Both the position numbers and the translations under genes were made by a program. Below, piece by piece: positions 54,699 through 64,000 of a stretch of DNA of 64,000 bases. Source of the stretch: the human T2T-CHM13v2.0 reference genome, Homo sapiens; NCBI RefSeq assembly GCF_009914755.1, contig NC_060928.1. One strand, given 5' to 3'. The notes beneath the pieces are model-generated. The model was given only the letters and a program-made list of their open reading frames with translations, was not told where the DNA came from and did not search any database. Every line of letters begins with the position of its first letter. The first letter of the stretch is position 1.

Positions 54699-55280
54699 TG
54701 TATTAGTCAGGGTGAGTTAGGAATACAGAAACCATTTGATGCATTTTTAAAACAAGGGATTTAATACAATAGATTGAATATTCAAATATTAGAGGACTGA
54801 AAGAACAAAAAACAAAACCCATATTATCAACTTCACAAACCAGATACCATCTACAGAGCTGAGCTAACTCTTGTATTAGTAACTAAGAAGGAACTACCAC
54901 CCATAAGACTTGAGTTCACCCTGAAGTTAACACCCATAGACAGAAGTGAAGAGATGGTGTTACTGGAATTTAGGAGCTCAGACAACCTTATACATCTTAA
55001 GATGATGCCATGTGGCTTCCTCTGATAAGAGAAGGATGGGATCTAGCTGGAAATAACACCTATTAGGGGCATACGTGCAAATAAGGGTGCTAAAACAGTA
55101 CAGAAAATGGAGCCATAGTCATTTTCTGTTGCCAAAGTGAAAGTGACAGGGAACAAAAATAAAAATCACTTCTCCTATCTTCCTGCCTTTATCTCTTCCT
55201 CCACAGTCTAGGCAAAAACCTGGTGCCACCTAGGAAGTAAGTCTGATAACACAATTTGCAGACCCCAGCTTTAACATCAC
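54699..55280 (-). mobile_element. old ERVL-type LTR
   Basis: Starts tgtattagtcagggt...cagaaacca...gggatttaataca; family not resolved. Confidence 0.45.
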
Positions 55281-55711
55281 AGAGAAGAGAAAAAGGCTGG
55301 GCTTAGCTCTGAAGGACAATATGTCAATAACCAGTAACCTGAGGATTTTGGGGATAAACGTCCTTCACACTCCATGTGGATGAAGAGAGGAGACAGATGT
55401 TTTCCTGCAGGGAGTAAGAAGAAGAAATATGTTCTTTCTAAGTGGGGCCTGAAAAAAATGAAAATACATTTCCTATTGGTTTTACATTTTGTGAAATCCA
55501 ATCACTGACACCCAGCTGAATTCCTGCTCTTGGATTTCATAAGTTATGTTTATAGCCTTAAAATTAAGTTTCTCTTCATTTAGTTTATCTAACTGAGGCA
55601 CTCAGCAAAATATCTGGCACATATTAGAGGTTCAAATAGTATTCACTGAAAGAGAAATTGGATCTTGTTTTCTGAAACTGACCATAAACTATCCTGTTCC
55701 AATATTCTGTA

Positions 55712-56150
55712 TCTCTGTGCCATCTAACAGAGCAGGCACTAGCCACATATGACAACTGAGCATTTCAAATGTGGTAACTTAGGTACCAAATTTAGTAAGT
55801 TTAAATTTAATTTTAAAAACTGATATTGAAATCAGTTATTAGAAACCCTTAAATATGTTTGGAACAGCTGGAGATGTGAACCCACTTTTCAACCGTAAAT
55901 TTCATGAAACCTACATAGATCAGATGCTTCTGACGAAGATGCAACATTCAAATAGAGATATATGATAAATAATACAAAATATTTCAGTAAAATGTTTATG
56001 TTGATTCCATGTTGAAATAATAATATTTTGGATATTAGGTTAAAGAAAATATATTGTCAATATTAATTTTACCTATTGATTTTTATTTTTTAATGGAACT
56101 ACTGAAAATGGCATATGTGCTTCATATTATATTCCTACTGGAGACTGCTG
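55712..56150. mobile_element. Charlie1/MER33-type hAT element
   Basis: cactagccacatatg...gagcatttcaaatgtgg; ttgaaataataatattttggata; ends tatattcctactggagactgctg. Confidence 0.8.
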
Positions 56151-56154
56151 CTTT

Positions 56155-56330
56155 GAACTCTTGCTACTCAAAGTATGCTCTTGGACCAAGAGTATATGCA
56201 TCACCTAGGAGCTTATTAGAAATGCAAAACCTCAGGCACCCCCCAGACAAACTGAATCTGACTCTGAATTTGCTTTTTAACAAGATCTCCAGGTGATTTG
56301 TATGAATATTACAATTTGAAAAGCACCACT
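56155..56330. mobile_element. MER5A
   Basis: tactcaaagt...gcatcacctaggagcttattagaaatgcaaa...tttaacaagatctccaggtgattt. Confidence 0.88.
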
Positions 56331-56797
56331 TCAAACTACTTTTATATTCATTAGTTCCTCTAGAGCAAAGATTAGATATAGTCTGTCCTGTCTGTCTCAA
56401 AACATAGTTTGGTAATGAAAATTAGGACATGAGAGTTTGGTAAATAGGAGGATAATATCTATTAAGCTTGGAAGTTGCATTAAGTAATACACAATTTTTC
56501 CCAGCAAGTTAACATTATGTATCAGATAGTTATCACAGGTAACTATCAAACTATCGAGTAGTAACAGCAGGTAGTTACAGCAGATTAGAACCATGTACCC
56601 TAACAGAGCTAAACTCAGCAAGTTGCCTGGGGATGTAGTACTTATTGTACGATGCCATTTCACTCTAGATTCTTTGCTTTGTCTCAGTGCACCCCAGTGA
56701 TTTCTCTTGAAAAGATTTACTGGAAAGTTCTCCCTGAATTTGTAAATGTCATGGTTTGTCTTCATAATCAGCATCCTTAGCCCCTCTTTATTGCCTC

Positions 56798-57515
56798 TCT
56801 AACTGCCTGGTGAGTTCTTCCTGTCCACTACACAGACAAAAATCCATCCACTGAGAACATGGCATTGCAGTAAAGAAAGAGTTTAATTGACAGGAGGCCG
56901 GCCACACCATTGCAGGAGAGAAAATTATTACTCAAGTCAATCTCACTGAAGGTTACCAGGTTAGGAGTTTTTCAAAGACAGTTTGGTGAGTAGCAGGCTA
57001 GGTAGTGGAGAGTGCTGATCGGTTGAGTTAGAGATGAAATTACAGGGAGTTAAAGCTGTCCTCTTGCTTTGAGTTGGTTCCTGGGTAAAGGCCACAAGAC
57101 AGTTGGTGAGTCAGGGTGAGGCCATCAGGTTGACAGAAAGGCAAAAGCCTGAAAAGACATCTCAAAAGGCCAATCTTGGGTTCTACAATTGTGATGTTAT
57201 CTGCAGAGGTAATTGGGGAAGCTACAAATTTCATGACCTCCAGAATAATGGCTGGTAATTATTTACGCCTATGTCTTAGTAGAATTCAGACCCCTCTCAT
57301 CCTCCTAAATTGGTTGTCTTTTATTAGTTTTACGAGAGCAGTGTAGTTTTGGAGAAGGGCCATTATCATCTAAGCAATAAATCAAATTGCCTCCAAAGTT
57401 AGTTTGGCCCATGCGCAGGAATACGCAAAGACAGTCAGCCTGTGAGGTTAGAAGCAAGATAGAACCAGCCAAGTCAGATCTCCATTACTGCAATAATTTT
57501 GCAAAGGCAGTTTCA
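56798..57515 (-). mobile_element. LTR8(A)-like ERV1 solo LTR
   Basis: On the minus strand it starts tgaaactgcctttgcaaaattat; 4-bp TSD cctc (56794-56797 / 57516-57519). Confidence 0.9.
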
Positions 57516-58429
57516 CCTCTTCCATCAAGGTACTTTCACATTGTTTCTAAAGTCAAATCATATATTGATTTTTGAATTCCTTTATTTATCAGGACTTTAT
57601 GGTGTCATTTAAATGTCACTAGCATTAGAACTGTTATTGTTTCTGTTTGTTCTCTGTTGCACAGGTCCTGAATGGTCTACTTTCAGCCTTATTTTTTTCA
57701 TTAAGCCTTACAGTTATTAGTATATGACTTTGTAGTATGTACTATTTTACAGAAATATTATATTGGGTAAGCAGAAATAGCTGCATTTACTATTTTTGTA
57801 AATTGTGACTATTGAAAAGCCTGAGAAATTCTCTTATGCCTTCTGTTTCAATTTTTAGGTTAAAGGATAGCTTCCAAAGAAGATTGTAAATTATTGGAGA
57901 GACTTCGTTATAAGAGTAAGTTATATGAGAAATGGTGCTGGAGGAATTGTTTAACACTGAAATCGGTTTTCAACTGTTCTTAATTTATCATTTATATTGT
58001 GCTTAATTCCAAAAAGGATCAGAGGTTGAATACAATAAAGAACACCGATTTAAAAGACCCATTAAAACAACTGAGTAGTAATTGAAGGGGTAAAGGGGAG
58101 GAAAAAGAGAAAGTGTAATTGTGCTAGAAAATCTTGAGTAAGAGCAAGAATCGTTCAGAAAAAATTCTGAACAGCAAGCATATCTAAGCTTTCTGGCAAT
58201 GAGAGCAAAACAGACTAGCTATCAAAATAATTAATGTAATATTTAAAAATGTAAACTTCTTTATATGAAAGACAGAAAAGCTCATTTGGTATGTTATTCA
58301 AAATCAGACTTTCAAAGTAACAAAAAGGTATTCTTCAAAAGACTACTTCTTACATTAATTTTCATCAAAAGCTGAGTGTTCATTATATTATAGTTCTGTG
58401 ATACAGCTCTGAGAGGAATTGATGAAAAC

Positions 58430-59170
58430 TTTGTTGATTAAAAAAGAAATTTAATACCTACTACATGTAATGCATTGAGCTGAGAGCAAGAGGTGTGCAT
58501 AGTGCTCTGGCATTCACTCAGGAAGGAAGACAGGCATCAAGCAAGCACCCAGAAAGGTAAGTTTAACATTTTCAAGATGCTACCAGAGAATATATCAAGA
58601 AATTTTATCCCAGACTGAAGGGCAGGAAAACTTGCTGGAGGAAATGACATTTATGCTAAGACTTGAAAAACAAGTTTGAGTTCTCCAGACTAAGGGAATT
58701 ATTTATGTAAAGACTCTATAGTGAGAAACAAGTCCAGTATGGCTTCAGGGTGATAAGCGAAGTGGACTCTTGCTGGAAAGGTTAAAGTAGACTAAATGGA
58801 AACGATGTCTTAGACTTAGTAAGACTTCACTCTTAATTGTAGGGATACTAGGAGGGAAATACAGAGTTTCTGAAGTGGGAGTTACTCACAGTTTTTGAAT
58901 ATATATTCTACTAGAGTAGAAAGTAGATTATACGGAACTTTTAGTGAATAGGAAGTATAAGTTATGAAGCTATTGAAATGGTTCAAAAAAGGAAAAATGG
59001 TGAGTGAGATCAGATAAAGACAATGGAACAAAGATGAGAAAACAGAAGAAAAGGGAGAGAATGAATCGGACTTGAGTGTATTTGCATATGGAAGGTGAGG
59101 GAGTGAATCATGAAATCTCCCTGAATCTTTACTTGAGAAAAATCATTTAGTATCATTCATATGAAAACCC
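58430..59170 (-). mobile_element. L2 remnants
   Basis: atttaatacctactacatg, ggaggaaatgacatttatgctaagacttgaa, agttatgaagctattgaaatggttcaa. Confidence 0.55.
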
Positions 59171-59901
59171 TAATTGTGGTTATTGAGGTGGGGAATTAGA
59201 TGTACACATGAGTCCTCAAAGTTGTTTATAAAATAGTTTTTTTTTGCATATATTGTTATTGCTGGACTGTAAGATGGAGGTGGGAGTATTGAATGTTGGC
59301 ATTAGAAATCATTTCATAGAGTCCTATACTTTTGATCTCTGGAAGGAGAGATATTGTTAGTGCGTAGAAGTACAAACAATATAGGGTCATTTTGCTCTCC
59401 TGGATTGCTGTCTTATGCTGACTGATAAACCATCAGTGTGTCTGTGCCTAGACTATGCTATAAGATCAGATGAGTTCCAGTCAGAGGCCCTCCTGCCATA
59501 AAGACATAGTAAAGAAAAAACAACATACATACATACATAAATGGAAAGAAGACAGACTATGTTATTTGCTTTTGGTATTTAAAAATATGAGCTGAACGGT
59601 GTACAGATATAGAAATAAAGTAATAGAAAGATGATAAGGCATCTCTCAGCCAGGGGTCCACATACACATGAACTTACCCTAGAAAGTTTAAAAGAAACTC
59701 AAATGAAGAGAATACTTGTAGACTTCTGGACAAGGTTGAACAGGGAAAAGTGAGATGCCTACGCTACACAAAGCAGAAAGCAGTATTGATTCCGTGGGTG
59801 GAAGGAATTAGAGAAGAAAATAGTGTTTTTAAATCTCACTAAGGAAATGTACATATATATATATACACACAAATATATATTAGCCAGGGTTCTTCAGAGA
59901 C

Positions 59902-60382
59902 TGTATTAGCCAGTGTTCTTCAGAGAAACAGAAGCAATAGGAAGTGTGTGTTTGTGTGTGGGTATATGTATAAACAGATTTATTTAAATAACTGGCCTAT
60001 GTGATTGTACAGAATTAGTGAGTCTAATATCAGATGGGCTAGTCTGGCTGGCTGGAGACTCAAGAAAGAGATGTAACTCAAGTCCAAAGGCAGTCTGTTG
60101 GAAACCAGGATGACCCAACATTGAAGATGAGGTCTGAAGGTATTCTGCTAGCAGAATTCCCTTGTGCTTGGGGAGAGCTGTCTTTTCATCTATACAGGCC
60201 TTCAGCTGATTGGATGAGGCCCACCCATATTATGGAGGGCAATCTGCTTTCCTCAAAGTCATCCAATTTAAATGTAAATTTCATCCAAGAACAATGTTAC
60301 AGAAACATCTGAAATAGCGGTTAGCCTCAGATATCTGGGCACTGTGGTCCAGCTACGTTGACACATAAGGTGAGCCACCACA
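59902..60382 (-). mobile_element. MLT2 (ERVL) solo LTR
   Basis: tgtattagccagtgttcttcagagaaacagaa...caggccttcagctgattggatgaggcccacccatattatggagggcaatctgc...gttgacacataaggtgagccaccaca. Confidence 0.9.
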
Positions 60383-60459
60383 AGTAGGAACTGCCCTACG
60401 GGAACTGTAGTCTTGGAGAGGCACAGCTTGCAAGATCCCTGACAGTGAAGTGAGGAAGC

Positions 60460-62100
60460 AATGATCCAGCCTCAGTTACCACTGAATAGTTAGGGCAAGA
60501 CTACAAAGCATAGGGGCTAGGCCTGCTGCAGAGCTCTGTTTCACTCTGGGTTCTACTCAATACTTTGAGCCATACAAGTAACTTGTAGATGGGGTAGTGG
60601 TGAGTTCAGCACATGGAAAGGACCTGGCAGAAAGGTCTGCTCCTTGAGGTGCAGTTATTTGTCTTTAATTTCAGACAAGATTATACATCATGATGCAGAA
60701 CACCAGCCCTTGTGTGACAGAAACTACATGGCAGGCTCTGAATCATCGTGAGTCTATCACCCACTCTCTCATGTGTCTAAGCAACTTGATATTCAGAAAC
60801 TTGGCATTTCTTGCGCATTAGATTCATTCAGCATGAGGCCATCGACATTGATCCTGGGGTATATTCTGTGGAATATCAAGGTGAGCCAGACCTGTCGAGA
60901 CCACATTACTAGGGTGAGGAGAGTTGACATAGTCCAAATCAAAGCAATGCAGCTCTACCGATTTTCCTTCCAAGCTAAGGTAAACTCCTTCTTTATGTTT
61001 TCAGAAATTGGATTTGAGAAGGATATATTTGCCTCAGTAATAGTTGCATACCAGATACTATGGACTGTGTTGCTTTCTTCCCATACAGTTACATCTGAAA
61101 TGGCAGCCACTTTGGTTTCCCCATCTGACTCAACGTAAAATAGTTCAATGTATTTCTCCAAAAACCATCTGGCTTTTACACAGGACAAACTACCAGGTAG
61201 AACAGATAAGCAACTGGAATCATTATTCCTTCATCTTTCAAGATTTCATGATGGCATCAATCTTTGCAAACCCTCCAGAGATGCAATACCACTATGGTTC
61301 ACTATTTGCGCATGCTCACTTGTGTATGTGTGAGTGGGTGTGTGGGTGTGTGTGTGTGTGTATGTTGGAGGGCCAGTCCCATAGGATTTCACTCAGCATT
61401 TGCTACTATAGTAGTACTCACACAGTAAGCCAAGAATCCAATGTGTATATTCTATAAGTTAATCTTATATCTATATATATCTATATGTATCTTATACCTA
61501 TATAATATATCTATAGCAACTACACATTCAGAAACTAGGAACAAGGTATAAGTTGTGTATAAAAGCCTATTGGAGTCCCTGGGTATTTCAGATTAGCTTT
61601 TCTTTTATCATTGCTCCCCCAAAGAACCCCCATTTTGGGCAGTGAAACATGGTAGCAATATCTAACAGTCCCTAAAATATGTCAGTATTACCCCTTCCAC
61701 AGTGCACAGTCACTGAAGAAAATGGTCACAGGTTCCTCAGACGAAGACTTAGAGAAATGTTTACACTATACTTCTGTATCCACATTGCAGAAACTTTATC
61801 CAGGTGACCCAGCATGGCCTCATTAATGGGACTCAGGTCTAAGAACTGGCTTAAGTTTATAAAATGGATAAGCTTCTACAAATTTCCTCTATACCAACCT
61901 GAATCAGGATTCTACCCAGCAGAATCATACAGAAAAAAGAGTACCCTAATAGGCTGCTTACTCCTTTCATTTTTTGAGAACCCATGCTCAAGCTGCCACC
62001 TTCAAAGCTCCATGTGGGTCAAAACATTCTCACTGCTACATAATCCATGTTCTCTGTGGCAGTAATTGCACCCATCTTATCTCTGATAATTAAACCTTTG
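60460..62100 (-). pseudogene. ERVL-type gag/pol remnant
   Basis: Minus ORF 60955-61188 AAISDV...IWYATITEANISFSNPISENIKKEFTLAW resembles RT WYAAIDLANAFFSIP..QFAFTW; next comes degenerate YVNSP...LDIPQNI...VDG. Confidence 0.7.
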
Positions 62101-63332
62101 AAATCAGAGATTTCAAGTCTATTGATGAAACATTTGAACATTCAGTTGTACTCTTGAACATTTTGGCTTGTATAATGTGTGAGCAAGTTGTGCTTACAAA
62201 ATTTATCCTAACATGACAATTTCTTTAAATTTACTCCTTGCTTTGTATTATTCCAAGGGAATTCTGGTATGTGAATTGTATTAAAAATAGGCTATAAGCT
62301 CTAACCTTCAAAGAGATCTCAAAACAAACTGTTAGAGGTCCCTCATTTGAGCTGAAAAATTAAATTCAAAATCCAACATTAATACAACTCTATCAAAAAA
62401 TTTGAACCAACCCAACCTTAAATAGTAACTTTTTCGGTTTATTTGCCTTGGAATCCATTCCTACAGTTGCTCCCCTGGCTTGTTCTGATACAAAGTAGCG
62501 TGTGCTTCCAATTCCTTTGACATCTGTTTCTCCCAGAAAACACGTTGATGTTCCCTTCTGGGGGACTCTCATTGGATCAAAAACCAAGGGTTCACACTTG
62601 GGGGTTCCAAGAGAAAATTAAGCTCCAGTGCCCTAAGGAATTTGTTGTATGTGATGAAGTAACTTACTTCCTATCCATCTATAATGGGACTAGCTATATA
62701 CAATCCTTGGGGAATTTGAGAAAATAGTCACTCACATAATTTTCCATAAGGTTTAATTCTCTTGCTGGACCCTGGCTGAGAAAGCCTGCACATGGACACT
62801 TTGAAAGGAGGGGATATCTGTCCCAGGTGAAGTCATTAAACATCTCTTTGCAATCATCAGATAGGAGAGAATAGGTAGCTATCTCTGGCAACGAAGCTTC
62901 AGGGATAGTAGGTTGTTCACAATCCTGTTTTATCTGTCTGTTCAAATATGCTTATTCCAAGCCTCAAGGTTCCATTCTTTCCCAATCAGTGCTTTAACTA
63001 ACATAAAACTTGTGAAGTCCTGTATTTAACTGGTTTTGCGGTATTATATTTGAGATCTGATCTTTAATCACACATGTCCTACAAATACAAGAAACAATAA
63101 AGGTTGTTTTAAAGATCATCATGGAAGTTTTCTTCTAGGAATCTCCACTTAGCAGTTCAGTGCTAGGAATTCAAGGCCCACTTTGTTGTTTTGTTGTTGT
63201 TTGGTAAACCATCCAGTGTATTCAGAGGCAACTTGTTTATATAAATGCTATTACTCACAGCATTTATTATCTCAGCTGCCATCAGGTACAATGGGCACTT
63301 CATCTCCAAAAACTTTCCCTTCCACGTCACGA

Positions 63333-63842
63333 TGATGCAGGATTTTTTGCTCCTTAGCTCAGCGAGGTCTGGGTTCTTGTCTCACAACAAGGAAGAAGGA
63401 GGCACATAGACACTCAAATAGTGAGTGCAGTAGAATTTACTAAGTGAAAAGGAAAGCTCTCAGCTAAAGGAGGGGTCCTGAAAGCAGGTTGTTGGTTGCC
63501 CCCTCACAACTGAATACAAGGGCTTTTATATATCCAACCTGAAGGGGCTGAGTTCCTTATTTGTATAGGGTGTGAATTCCTGGTAGCTCCACCCGCCCTT
63601 CCAGGGTGCACATGGACCCTTAGTCTGAGCCACTCCATATTGATTTATTTCCCTTACTGTGTATGTGTTAAGAAATGGAATTTTCCATTGCAGGCATGTT
63701 CAGGTGAGCCCCCTCCCCCCACTCTGCAACTCCCCTTATCTGCACAAAACATCTGGTGTAAGCACTTGTGGAACAGGTAGCAGGTTCTCTGGGGGACCCT
63801 TCCCTTACTGTCTGCTTAAAGCAAGCTGGCTAGCTCCTTCTG
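63333..63842 (-). mobile_element. ERV1 MER4-group solo LTR (subfamily unresolved)
   Basis: tgatgcaggattttttgctccttagctcagc...gggttcttgtctcac...aaaaggaaagctctcagc...gcaagctggctagctccttc. Confidence 0.7.
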
Positions 63843-64000
63843 ATAAGATTAATTTGAATAATTAGGATAATACCGCCTGCTTGGGATATCAGTGTGAAGC
63901 ATATATTTCCCAATCCAGTCCCAAATCCTATATTGAAGGATTGAAGGCCACTTCTAGATCAGAATACTGGCCATTAGAGTCACACAGAATACAGAGGGAC

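Noticed and set aside
56397-56774. 125-aa hydrophobic minus-strand ORF
   Set aside because: No homology recognised and no splice or promoter context; composition is typical of AT-rich chance ORFs.
62393-62945. Minus-strand ORFs (64 and 83 aa) with a ggaa|gtaagt donor near 62668
   Set aside because: No recognisable protein motif, polyA or TSD, so an exon or processed pseudogene cannot be supported without a database search.

Overview
This is primate genomic DNA, not microbial. It carries AluY, L1PA3/4, HERV-H/LTR7, LTR12, THE1 and Tigger2b, which fits human or another catarrhine. The sequence is AT-rich and looks intergenic or deep-intronic. I see no credible host protein-coding gene. The recognisable ORFs in the track are L1 ORF2 tails, HERV-H gag/pro/pol remnants, ERVL pol remnants or Alu/LTR read-through, and the rest look like chance ORFs. 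The main element is a 5.8-kb deleted-type HERV-H provirus (31137-36913) with two LTR7s, a CTGAG target-site duplication (TSD) and a Phe-like rather than His primer-binding site. The most interesting unexplained pattern is four short (29-85 bp) locally templated copies whose partners lie 0.9-1.3 kb away. Two are inverted copies that interrupt known elements (HERV-H pro/pol and a FLAM) at microhomology junctions, and two are direct copies. Other observations are a twin-primed L1PA4, nested and serial Alu insertions at reused target sites, and candidate non-coding exons downstream of the HERV-H splice donor. Subfamily names come from recalled consensus sequences and need RepeatMasker/Dfam confirmation. 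Boundaries of old elements (L2, MIR, L1M) are approximate.
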